NCBI GenBank assembly: GCA_951406725.2
Contig: OX597835.1
Coordinates: 46,376,001 to 46,440,000, forward strand
DNA length: 64,000 nucleotides
Direction of reading: 5' to 3'
Origin: Octopus vulgaris
Lineage: Eukaryota
The first letter of the stretch is position 1. Every line of letters begins with the position of its first letter. A program made the position numbers and the translations under genes. Of the stretch, positions 52,983 to 64,000 are shown in pieces. The notes beneath the pieces were generated by a model. It searched no databases. It saw nothing but the letters and a program-made list of their open reading frames with translations, and had not been told where the DNA came from.

Positions 52983-53694
52983 TCCCAATACATTCGCTGC
53001 ACTTCATGTTGCCATGTGACATATCGTCATCATACCTCACTACCTAACCCCCTCCTTCCCTACCCATATTGGTATTAGCCATTCCGTTCTATATTCCTTC
53101 CCCTAACTCTTAAAATCTGCAAGTCAGTCACTCGTTCGCACGTTAGTTTCTACTATTCCCTTCTTATCATCACCCTGTCTTTCCTCTCTCCTGTCCTTTG
53201 TACACAACTCTTGTTAGTTGTAGACCAAAACCTTTCACCAATGATCTACTTCATTCTCTCTTCGAAGATGGAACAGATCACGTATCTTCGTTTGCCGGGA
53301 AATGCACCATATGTGCATCAAGACTTGAAACAGCTGTAAGAATCTTACTTTCTACTTTTCTGCTTTATCGTAAGAATCCAGCAATTGTTTCAATATATAA
53401 ATGCCATAATCTAAACCGATTATTTTGTTTGCCCCTTCATGCTTTCATTCTAGTGTGCATATACCTGCTCAGCGATGAATCACCTAAAGCTGGTTCTTGC
53501 AAGGCAGCTACGACCCTACTGGTTTTTGTTTTAGTCGCAGTTGAAATAAGAGTTCCAGGTGGTTGGTCAACTTGAGCACTAATTGTCATTAGACAGAATA
53601 TTACCTGGCGGGTGGACAATAGGGTCTAACGAGATATATGTGAAGCTAAGCACTTTATGAACGCGAAACCCTGGATAACACTATGAACCGGCCA

Positions 53695-53762
<68 letters not shown>

Positions 53763-53920
53763 ATGAACCGAAAACGGGTGTGGGCTCCGCGTCTAATTAT
53801 ACTGTATAGCCCACTGCTGAGCCAGATATTGGCTGTATGTCACACTATATTTTTCTCCCTTTTTTATATACATATATATACATGCATATATAAATATGTG
53901 TATAATATATCTGATACTTG

Positions 53921-53947
<27 letters not shown>

Positions 53948-53951
<4 letters not shown>

Positions 53952-54221
53952 TTTTACATACAAAATTTAAAGGACTGACCACTAAAAGTGGATGGTCAAT
54001 ATGCTAGATATAGACGTCAAAATCGCTATTTTCCACGAAGAATGTGTTCTGAAATAAAAACTCAGCACAAAACCAAAGTGTAAAAAAAAACTTTGGTTTT
54101 GTGCTGAGTTTTTATTTCAGAACACATTCTTCGTGGAAAATAGCGATTTTGACGTCTATATCTAGCATATTGACCATCCACTTTTAGTGGTCAGTCCTTT
54201 AAATTTTGTATGTAAAAATAT
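53948..54221. repeat. Perfect 132-bp inverted repeat with 10-nt loop, part of a (TA)n-embedded element extending to ~54298
   Basis: Arms 53948-54079 and 54090-54221 are exact reverse complements by manual comparison. Confidence 0.95.
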
Positions 54222-54294
54222 TTTAATCTTCGGATTTCTTTAATATGCTAGGCCACTGGTTTTAATTGATTAATATCAATTTCTACCCTTATTC

Positions 54295-54394
<100 letters not shown>

Positions 54395-54770
54395 TATACA
54401 TATATATACATTCATACATAAATATATTTATATGTATATATACAAGTGTGTACATGTAAGCAGCGTATAAATGATAGACGGTCAGTCAGACAGATAGGCA
54501 GATAAATTGAACTAATGAAAGAAAGTTACATAAAATAGCATTGTTATATTTAATTAAAGATGTATTTGACGACATTATTTCATTAAGTGAAATTATTCGC
54601 TAACTTCTACAGCTGGCTGTTATGAAGAACCTAGTTGTGAAGTTGAAGAGAAGAATAAAGAAGGAAAACATTCTACTTTGCGCCTCTGCCTGTCAATTAA
54701 GGAGTCCAATGGGAAATTGAATCACTCAAAGGAAACGTCTTCCATTACAAATGATAATTACTAAATTACT

Positions 54771-54818
<48 letters not shown>

Positions 54819-55219
54819 GGAGAATGAGAGAGTGAGAGAGTGAGATTGAGAGGTTTGACGATGTTGATAAAGAGAGTAGAGATGAAACGATGTACAGATG
54901 TGTATATGGATATGTAAGGATGTGTGTGTGTGGCTGTGTGTATGTATATATAGATAGAGAGAGAGAGAGTGACAGAGAGAGAGAAAGAGAGTGGAAGAGA
55001 GAGAGAGAGAGAGAGCCAGGCAGACAGAAACATAGATGAAGGGTAGAGAGAAATAGAATATGAACATTTATATAGAAAGTGTAATGGTGGATATTGAGAT
55101 AGACACACGCACACATACCCACATACGGACGTATACTATGTATGCATAATAATAATAATATATATAACTCAAGAGGAGTATGGACGTGTGTGTGTTTGCG
55201 TGTGTTTGCGTGTGTTTGC

Positions 55220-55251
<32 letters not shown>

Positions 55252-55804
55252 GCGTGTGCGTGTGCGTGTGTGTGTGTAAGCATAATTGTTAGAAATGTTG
55301 ACCTCAGACATTGGAGCACAGCAATATCAATTAGAGAAACATAACAGAAAATATTCAAATTACGGTGACTATAAAGCGAAGGCTAATTAGCGAGATGAGT
55401 GATTACGACAGAAGGAAATATTTTAAAATGAGGCAAAAAGTTATCTTATGACAAAACAGGAAATGACTATTATGTTCAATGATAATAATAATTTGTTAGA
55501 AACAATTATAGAGAGATGTCAAAAACCGCTACGGTATTTAATATATCGTCATGATATCGTTATTTTTAATATCAGAGAAGATGATTTGTCGAAGCGGGTG
55601 ACTAAGCAAAGTTGTTAATGCTGTGGATTTAATCTATTTCAGTTTTTAGCTTATGAGAGATCGAACAAAGAAATTTGTGGAACACTTTGCAAGGAACGTT
55701 CATAATTGGTTTTTCTTTTCTTTCTTTGCGTCGTAAGCTTAATGTTATTGTTACAATTTGAAATGCAAAATACAGATTACTGGATCACGTTGAGTGATAA
55801 CTTC

Positions 55805-56345
55805 AAATGTTGCTGGTGCTCTTTGCACAGAAATTTTAAAATTACAATTTGATTTTACAAGGAAAGTTAAAAGTTAGTGTTGCTCTTTCTGTGGAAAATT
55901 AAACATTACGATGCACTTTTATGTGAAAAGTTTAAAATTACAGGTGCACTCTTTGTGGAAAATATAAAATTAGGGCAGCACTTTATGTGGAAAGATTAAA
56001 AGTGCAGATGTATTCTATGTGGAAAGTTTTAAAGTACTGGTACAATTTCCGTGGCCAGTCTCAAATCACCGATGGCGAAAGTTAAAATTACTGATGCACA
56101 TCGCACAGGAAATTAAGACTTGAGGGTGCACTTTCTGCAAAGCTTAACATTACTGCTGCACTTTTTAGGTTAAATTTTACTATTGCACTTTGTGTGGAAA
56201 GTTAAAATTCTTATTGCATCTCACATGGAGAGTTTAATATCGCTGAAACTCTTTGAATAGAAAGTTAAGACATGGTATTTGCACTTTGTAGGGAAAGATA
56301 AAAATGATTGGTAGACTTTGTGAAGAAAGTGAAACATTAACTGCT
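55805..56345. repeat. Degenerate ~32-33-bp minisatellite
   Basis: Unit approximately GCACTTTTTGTGGAAAGTTAAAATTACAGGT, roughly 15 copies. Confidence 0.8.
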
Positions 56346-56366
56346 CAATTTTTATGGCAAGTTCCA

Positions 56367-56580
56367 GGCGGCGAGCTGGCAGAAACGTTAGCCCGCCGGG
56401 TGTAATACTTAGCGGCATTTCGTCTGTCTTTACGTTCTGAGTTCAAATTCTACCGAGGTCGACTTTGCCTTTAATCCTTTCGGGGTCGATAAATTAAGTA
56501 CCAGTTGCATACTGGGGTCGATCTAATCGACTGGCCCCCTTCCCAAAAGTTTCGGGCCCTGTACCTAGAGTAGAAAAGAA
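56367..56580 (+). mobile_element. SINE family A (second tail type) with 18-bp TSD
   Basis: AATTTTTATGG(C/T)AAGTTC at 56347-56364 and 56579-56596. Confidence 0.93.
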
Positions 56581-56699
56581 TTTTTATGGTAAGTTCAACC
56601 AGACCATGTTTTACAGAATGCTCTGCGTAAATGTCTCCTTTTTTCAGGAAGAGCTTGGCGTATTGGTGAACAGTCAATGGCGTTGGAGAGCGTGGATAT

Positions 56700-57506
56700 T
56701 ACAGTCGAACTTGAGAAAAAGTTAGCAGACATAGAGGAGGGGAATCCATTTGAATATTCCGAAAGAGTTACCAATATCAATGCTATGAAAGAGTCATCAA
56801 TAAGTGATTCGTGCTGAGTAGCAAAGTGCCGACATCATGACTGCTGCCAAATACTCTGTGAACAATGTAAAGGATGTAGATGTAACATGGACTTCATCAA
56901 AACCAGGTTCTCCCAAACTGAATTGCTATTTGGGCGGGTCTCCGGAGGGGAAAGGGAAGTCATGCCGCCCCACATTCATGAACAGGGCCCCAGCCTCAAT
57001 GCAGACTGCTATGTGACGCTGCTGGGGATTCGTTCAAGCCGTGGATGGAGATGTTTGCTGCTAGAAGTCTATATGTGTGGCAGCCAAATACGTCTCCTTT
57101 CCATACCTCTGGGAAGAGTCAGAAGTGGTTCTCCGACTACACCAGCTCCAATTTCCGACCTCCTATTTTCCCTTATTATAATCTCATAGATTTGTATGTT
57201 CGGGGACAGGGTTGTGAAAGAATGCATCCGCTCTGCCAACAACACCAAAGTCGAGCTGGTGGCCAAGATGAAAGAAGTGTTTAAAGATTATTACAGGAAC
57301 ATAGTGAGGAACACATACGTCTGGTATTAGAGCCGTATTGAAGCCTCGGTGGACGTTGAAGACCGCGAATTTGAATAAACTGTTAACTCCCAGTCATAAT
57401 CTAGTTGATTTATTTTTAACTTTTTTAAATACTTTAGATTTTGGATGATATCTTGTGTTCTCTTTCTTTTTATGCAAACTGTCACATTTAACCCAAACAC
57501 TCTGCA
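56700..57506 (+). mobile_element. Internally deleted Tc1/mariner-superfamily (maT/DD37D-like) transposon relic
   Basis: VIRA...ADIMTAAK N-terminal piece; EVMPPHIHEQG.SLNADCY, YVWQPNTSPFHTSGKSQKW, PPIFPYYNLIDLYV (decayed WPPNSPDxNPLDY). Confidence 0.8.
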
Positions 57507-57639
57507 ATGTTTAAAACTTTGAGGGGAAAAACTCATTGTTTATCTTGTGTTATTCATCATTCGTATTGATTAGAAAATATGAATAGGCTGTATTTTTTAG
57601 TTACGCAAACATTTCTATCATTGTGTTTTTTTTCTCTTC

Positions 57640-58030
57640 TTCCTTCAATTTTGTTTCCATTTCTTGCTGAGTGCCTTCCCGACATCTAGGGCAAAAGAAC
57701 TCACTGCACAAATTGATAGGCCATTAGAAACACACGAGATTGTTCATATACAAAATCAAATAAAGTTATTTAGAAACAAATCATTTAAATGGTAATCGTT
57801 TCCGCGGCGTCAGTACTCGTCTCAATATGTGTGACGTGCTGGTCAGAACGATGTTTCGCTCTTCTTACATGGATGGCAAAGCAGCGATCATTCTCAAATA
57901 CTTTTCCAGTTCTTTATTTGGTCTTTCCCGGTGCTACTACAATTACTGGTATTGTAACCGCTACATTTTTATCGATTTCAATGAGGAAAATCATTATATT
58001 TTCTGAGCTTGTTAAATTCTTTTGCTGTAA
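57640..58030 (-). mobile_element. R4/Dong-clade LINE 3' relic
   Basis: LIEIDK...TIPVIVVAPG and TSHILRRVL; a tailed SINE A fragment lies at 58040-58180 (-). Confidence 0.65.
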
Positions 58031-58499
58031 TATTTTTTTTGTTTCTTTATTACCCACAAGGGGCGAAACATAGAGGGGACAAACAAGGATAGACACACGG
58101 ATTAAATCGATTACATCGACCCCAGTGCGTAACTGGTACTTTAATTTATCGACCTCGAAAGGATGAAAGGCAAAGTCGCAATATTATGATCACAAGGGAT
58201 ACGCATGTCAACCATTAAACAGATTTTATTATTTTCGTCATTTGCAAAAATAGCCTTGTCTCCCTAAACATTACTGGCATTGAGCCTAAATTTGAAACAA
58301 TAAAACAATAAAACATCCGGTTAAACAAAAAATATTCCTGCGCGAGAATTTTATCCAATAAGAAAAATGTAACTTTTTATTTTGAAAATGGCGACTAACA
58401 ATTATTTTATGAAATAAAATATTATTAGCTTTTATTCATAAGCGTGGGCAGGACTGCTAAATTGGGGCTGGCTTCGAGCTAAATGACGAAGATCCAAAC

Positions 58500-59720
58500 A
58501 GTATCTAAAATTTCAGCTACCACCACTGACTGATCTGAATCCAGTAATATCGGATATTTCTGAATGGTTTGTCAATTAGCAGCTATATATGGAAATTCTG
58601 AGAGTATTATTCTGCGCCAAAAATTATAGACTTCTAACAACATAAATTTATACCAAGTATCATTTACTATAGAAAAATATATGTAAAACTCATCGTTTTA
58701 AACTGATGGGAACACCGTGTGATCACAACAGATTCTGTGGAATTAATACATGAGGCGATTATAAAAAGAGTATGATCATGGTAGTGTATCTTAATAGCTA
58801 CAAATAAATCAAAGATGAATAACTCCGGCCTGATTTAATTATATTGGGCAAAGGCGGATGTAAGTTATGATCAAATAAAATTGTGTATTTCTGGCGTATT
58901 TCTATTCCATCAGTCCATCAGTCCACCAAAAATTGATCGAATTTATAACGAATATTAAATACGTTTGACTAAGCAGAAGGCCAAAATGTTTGTGAGAGAC
59001 AGAGAGACAGAGAGAGACAGAAGGACAGACAGTCTGACGAACAGACAAGCAGAGAATATCATCACTTGTTTTGATAGTAACAAATCAGATGACATCGAAA
59101 CATAGAAAAACCTACTTTCACTTTTAATGGTACATCCAGGAAAATGAAAAATTCATAAATAATTAAAACGAAGTGGAGAGGTTAGTTCTAAGAACTTCGT
59201 TAAAACCCAGCAAAGCTTTATTGAAGTCATCAATATATTTGGCTATCGACATCGCTTACTTTGAATATTTAATGCCATAAACTCGTCCATTCTAAATAAT
59301 TATTGAATGGATGAAAACGTCCATTAACTACTTATACGTCTGGGGATTGACATCAAACGCCTACAGACATTGATGTGTCTCTTAGGCCGTCAGTTCTTTA
59401 AGGGTACAACTAAAGATCTCATCATTATAGATAAGTGCTTTCCAAACCTTTTAAGGATGGCAACAAACACGATTTTCTGTTGTTTCACCAAAAATGACAC
59501 GATGTGTTATTAATATAATGTCGCTAAATAATTTCCTTTTAGCCATAATGATAATTGTTCACGCTTATTCGTGTGTGTTGTACGTCAATAAAATCTTACT
59601 CTCATCAGTTATCTAAAAAATGCAAAGAAAGCAATGCTTCGCTGAAGAGGCTTGATAACCCCGAAACGTCTCCTGACTCATCATACCTATTTACTAAGCT
59701 CAGATTAATAATATAGCTAA
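58500..59720 (+). mobile_element. Highly decayed Penelope-type relic ending in a minimal HHR
   Basis: IIIDKC / KPFKDGNKH endonuclease C-terminal traces; CTGAAGA-GG...CC-GAAA-CG-TC at 59642-59670 (stem I not intact). Confidence 0.5.
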
Positions 59721-60101
59721 TATTTTCTTCACTTCACCGTATAAGTATTACACGAGTACATTAATTACTTTAGAATTTTTAGACGAATTTTTAGAACGTT
59801 TTGGCAATGTATTGCAGCTTTTGGTTCTGAGTTCGAATACCGCGAACGTTATCTTCGATTTTTATTCTTCTGGGTTCGATAAAATAGAATACATGTAAAC
59901 TACTAAGGGGTTAATATGATTGAAGTGACCCTTCCATCGACAAAACATTCAGAAAAAAATATTAATAAATGGAGTATTTTAATCTCTACATTTAACATGA
60001 TGGCCCTAATTTAATCCTAGGATATATATATATTTAGAGAGAGAGTGAGAGAGAGACGGAGAGAGAGAGAGAGAGGCAGACAGACAGATATATATATATA
60101 T

Positions 60102-60136
<35 letters not shown>

Positions 60137-60289
60137 TACATACGTACATACATAAATGCATACATGCATGCATACATACATACATACATACATACATGCA
60201 TGCATACATACATACATACATACATACATACATACATACATACATACATACATACATACATACATACATACATACATACATACATACAT

Positions 60290-60452
60290 ACGACGGGCTT
60301 TCAGTTTCCGTCTACCAAATCCACTCACAAGGCTTTGGTTGGCCCGAGGCTATAGCAGAAGATACTTGCCCTAGGTGCCACGCAGTGGGACTGAACTCGG
60401 AACCATGTAGTTCGTAAGCAAGCTACTTACCACACAGCCACTCCTACGTCTA
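60290..60452 (-). mobile_element. SINE family B 5' half running into a long (TATG)n/(TATC)n microsatellite
   Basis: Head matches 11215-11379; (CATA)n at ~60137-60290. Confidence 0.88.
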
Positions 60453-61152
60453 TGTGAAGGCGACCTCAAAAATCGCTTCCTTCCGGCACAGGGGCAAAAG
60501 TTGAAGCCACCAAGTTGGCAAGTCACGTATGTGGTTTGAAGTCTACCGCCGCACCATATGCAGTTAAATGGAAGATTGTTGAAAAGTCCACACCATTTGT
60601 CAACGGATCAAAAAGCTGTGAGCTATGCGTCGCGGAAAGAACACAAATCTTTTTCAGATCTAAGAACTCCACCTCACAGCTTAATTCTGAATCTGATTTT
60701 CAGGAGGTAAACATATGCATAAATTCCTGTTGGCAAATTGCAAAATACCACACTCTCTGGATTGAGCAGCTGCACCACAGACTCTGGGCCCCTTTCCATT
60801 CATCCTTATGACTTTATGATCAAAGGAGACATAATTATAAATCTCCATTTTTGCTTCTTTCTTTTTTCTTTTTTCTTTTTTTTTTTTCGTTTTCCGGCAT
60901 TTTCAGCCTTCCACTTTTTACATCGACTTCTTCCTCGCATTTTATTGCTTTTCTCTGTCATTTTATGTCACGTGGACAGAGCCTGAGGATTTCACGAATG
61001 CACCAGACGTGTTATAATATGCTGAGTTATTTTCCATCGCATGAAACTACTGGTCGCTCATAAAAGTATATACTGTGCTTATCAAATAATATTTGTCTCT
61101 CACCAGATGCAGTCCTACTTTTGTTGAGCTTACCATCACGGAACAGTGCGCT
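60453..61152 (+). mobile_element. Penelope-type element 3' fragment: GIY-YIG C-terminus plus pLTR with HHR
   Basis: SFRH..TKLASHVCGLK...VKWKIVEKSTPFVNGSKSCELCVAE...LNS; GAGC-CUGAGGA...GAAA-CUACUGG-UC^GCUC at 60979-61059. Confidence 0.85.
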
Positions 61153-61361
61153 ATATGTGTATGTGTGTGTGAGTGTGTTGTGTGCGTGGGGGGAGGAGGT
61201 GCGTAGCTAGCTGATTACCCTTCGTTTAGATAATTACGACTTTCGAGGCTCTGCTAGCTATGAAATGAAATGAAACACATATATGTGTGTGTTGGTGTGA
61301 GGTGTGTCTGTTTGTGCGTATGTGTTTATTACGTCTGTTAGATATATATATATATATATAT

Positions 61362-61391
61362 ATTAGATCTGTTGTTACGTCTGTTAAATAT

Positions 61392-61434
<43 letters not shown>

Positions 61435-61825
61435 AAAAATTATAACTGACCCCATAAAAACAAAAATAATCAGTGACAGGCAGAGTCTGTAACAATGTAT
61501 ATCTTCTTGATAACTTAGTAACATCTCTGCTTGAGTGAAGACACCATGTTCTTTGTGTATCTCCTTAACTTCTTGGAGAATTTAGGTATAATTATACTAA
61601 TGTGTCCATCTGTTCTAATTGAATTAAATTCTATGTCTTTGTGCAGCTGAGGATTGCTCTGCATTTTAAATTGATGTAATGATTGCATTGTTTAATTAAA
61701 TGGAGTTGCATGAAGCGATCGTACTGCATTACCTCTGGATATCCTTGTTGCTTATTTTGATATATATATCTTCTTGATATATATATATATATATATTAGA
61801 TCTGTTGTTACGTCTGTTAAATATT

Positions 61826-61870
<45 letters not shown>

Positions 61871-62198
61871 AAAAATTATAACTGACCCCATAAAAACAAA
61901 AATAATCAGTGACAGGCAGAGTCTGTAACAATGTATATCTTCTTGATAACTTAGTAACATCTCTGCTTGAGTGGAGACAGCATGTTCTTTGTGTATCTCC
62001 TTAGCTTCTTGGAGATTTTAGGTATAATTATACTAATGTGTCCATCTGTTCTAATTGAATTAAATTCTATGTCTTTGTGCAGCTGAGGATTGCTCTGCAT
62101 TTTAAATTGATGTAATGATTGCATTGTTTAATTAAATGGAGTTGCATGAAACGATCGTACTGCATTACCTCTGGATATCCTTGTTGCTTATTTTGATA
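61362..62198 (+). mobile_element. Tandem pair of 436-nt pLTR/HHR units
   Basis: Two near-identical units; HHRs at 61642-61728 (GAAG variant) and 62078-62164 (UGCAG-CUGAGGA-UUGC...GCAU-GAAA-CGAUCG-UA^CUGCA). Confidence 0.85.
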
Positions 62199-62201
62199 TA
62201 A

Positions 62202-62256
<55 letters not shown>

Positions 62257-62572
62257 TACGAGAATATGTATGTATGTATGTATGTGTCTGTGCGTGTGAG
62301 TGCGCGCGCGTACAGGTGCAGTTATTGATGTACGGTTAAGAAGTTCACTTGGCAGCTATGCGGTTTCGGTTCAGGTCTCATTGTTCAGGGCCTTACGCTT
62401 CGGTACTTCCAGAGTCACGGTCTAAAGGCTCCGAGCTACCTTTTGGTAATCTAAAATCGATTTCTAATTTTCCCAGTGCACCGTTCGCATTAAACCCTTT
62501 CTGATTTCGTTTAAAAGGATGAATTCTAACGCTTACGCTGTGATTTGCACACGTTTCCCAAACGTGTACACA

Positions 62573-62643
<71 letters not shown>

Positions 62644-62790
62644 ACACAAGGAAGTCGTATATATTATCTCAATGGCATCTCACGACAGAAACCTCTCGTA
62701 TTGTCTGACCGTATTTATGTATTCTTCTTGCAATTAAATTATAAGTCACAGAAAAAAATATGGGTCAGATTTCAAATTCTCCCCTAGGTA

Positions 62791-62846
<56 letters not shown>

Positions 62847-62978
62847 CATCTGCGGAGTAGGTGTGCGCTCGCATGTGCATATCTATGTACGAATGTGTGT
62901 ATGTATGTATATATGTGATGTACGTGTGTGTGGGCGCACGTGTGTGTGGGCGCACGTGTGTGCATGCCTGTATATACA

Positions 62979-63068
<90 letters not shown>

Positions 63069-63078
63069 CATACACGAA

Positions 63079-63232
63079 GGCGGTGAGCTGGCAGAAACGT
63101 TAACGCGCCGGGTGAAATGCTTAGCGATATTTCGTCTGTCGTTACGTTCTGAGTTCAAATTCCGCCGAGGTCGATACAATCGACTGGCCCCCTCCCCACA
63201 AATGTGAGGCCTTGTGTCCAGAGTAGAAAAGA
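63079..63232 (+). mobile_element. SINE family A with internal deletion
   Basis: Head joined directly to tail at a GGTCGA microhomology; central domain absent. Confidence 0.85.
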
Positions 63233-63317
63233 AAGAGGTGTCTATATGTACTACATGCGTAATATATACATGTACTTTACCTGTGCGTGTGTGTGTGAGA
63301 GAGAGAGAGAGAGAGAA

Positions 63318-63354
<37 letters not shown>

Positions 63355-63824
63355 ACATCAATACTTGTGTACAGTAGTGAAGAAATTACCAAAGTTTACC
63401 TCAATTTACAGAACATATCAGATTGGCGGTTCGATAGAAGTCGGTCGGCAAAAAGAGAATGAGCTGAGATGATCAACTCATGAATTAGCATGATTAGTCA
63501 AACCCTTCGAAGCACTGCTCCAGCATGGCCATAGGTGAATGACTGATGCCGGTAAAAGAAGGTAAGAATACAGAGAGAAAAAGAGTGAAGTAGAAAGATT
63601 AAAAGAGAATACATCGTGAACATTCAAGTTTACTATCAAGGGAAGTAACTCTCAATTTATGCTACGAGAGTTATTTCCCTTGAGATTTAATATTTATTTT
63701 TTTGTTGCTGTGTTGTTCTTTCATACTTACGGGTTTTATAATATAATTGTTATCACCCATTTGTTGCTTGGATGCATTTCTTTGATATGTAACAATGTTC
63801 TAATACCAAAACTATATTTTAGTA

Positions 63825-64000
63825 GACTCCCAAACGATAAAAGGCAAATTTGACCTAAGCGGAATTTGAAGTCAGAACGTAACGGCAAAAGAAATACCTA
63901 TTTCTTTACTGCCCACAAGGGGCTACACACAGAGGGGACAAACAAGAAAAGACAAACGGATTAGGTTGATTACATCGACCCCAGTGCGTAACTGGTACTT
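63825..64000 (-). mobile_element. LINE-tailed SINE A 3' end abutting another SINE A at its GGTATTTC site (truncated by window end)
   Basis: Minus strand: ...GTGGGCAGTAAAGAAATA|GGTATTTC....GCCGTTACGTTCTGACTTCAAATTCCGC. Confidence 0.8.

Larger units (their letters stand above)
52200..53420 (+). mobile_element. Degenerate PLE (linker/GIY-YIG start, C/T-rich UTR, HHR relic) interrupted by a hAT MITE
   Basis: IISGTCC...SNTSN before the insertion and YIRCTSC after it; ATTCT...GAAGA...GAAA-CAGCTG-TA-AGAAT at 53253-53343. Confidence 0.55.

Noticed and set aside
55805-56345. ~33-bp periodic repeat as a CRISPR array
   Set aside because: No unique spacers, degenerate units, eukaryotic context, no cas genes
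56648-56817. Acceptor-preceded acidic ORF (RAWRIGEQSMALESVDITVELEKK...) as a host exon
   Set aside because: Its 3' part overlaps the 5' end of the mariner-type relic; no partner exons or recognisable domain

Overview
AT-rich, microsatellite-saturated animal DNA. The SINE families and repeat landscape resemble a coleoid cephalopod such as Octopus (inference, no database search). I can support no intact host gene, tRNA/rRNA gene or CRISPR array; nearly all short ORFs in the track are translated (TA)n/(CA)n/(TATG)n repeats. The window is a transposon graveyard: at least three tRNA-derived SINE families; relics of R4/Dong-, Tx1/L1- and RTE-type LINEs; Tc1/mariner, hAT and probable Mutator DNA-transposon relics; and many Penelope-like element (PLE) fragments. 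The strongest signal is about 18 type-I hammerhead-ribozyme (HHR) motifs, from near-intact to relic, in several unrelated sequence families. They include a retrozyme-like insertion at 36.3-36.9 kb (1.5 copies of a 356-nt HHR monomer between 15-bp target-site duplications), a 436-nt HHR tandem dimer, an A6U core variant in two copies, and (TA)n-embedded foldback insertions, one a perfect 132-bp palindrome. A Tx1-like LINE shares its 3' tail with a SINE subfamily, and both abut the same site inside the SINE head. All alignments and folds were done by eye, so element boundaries are approximate.
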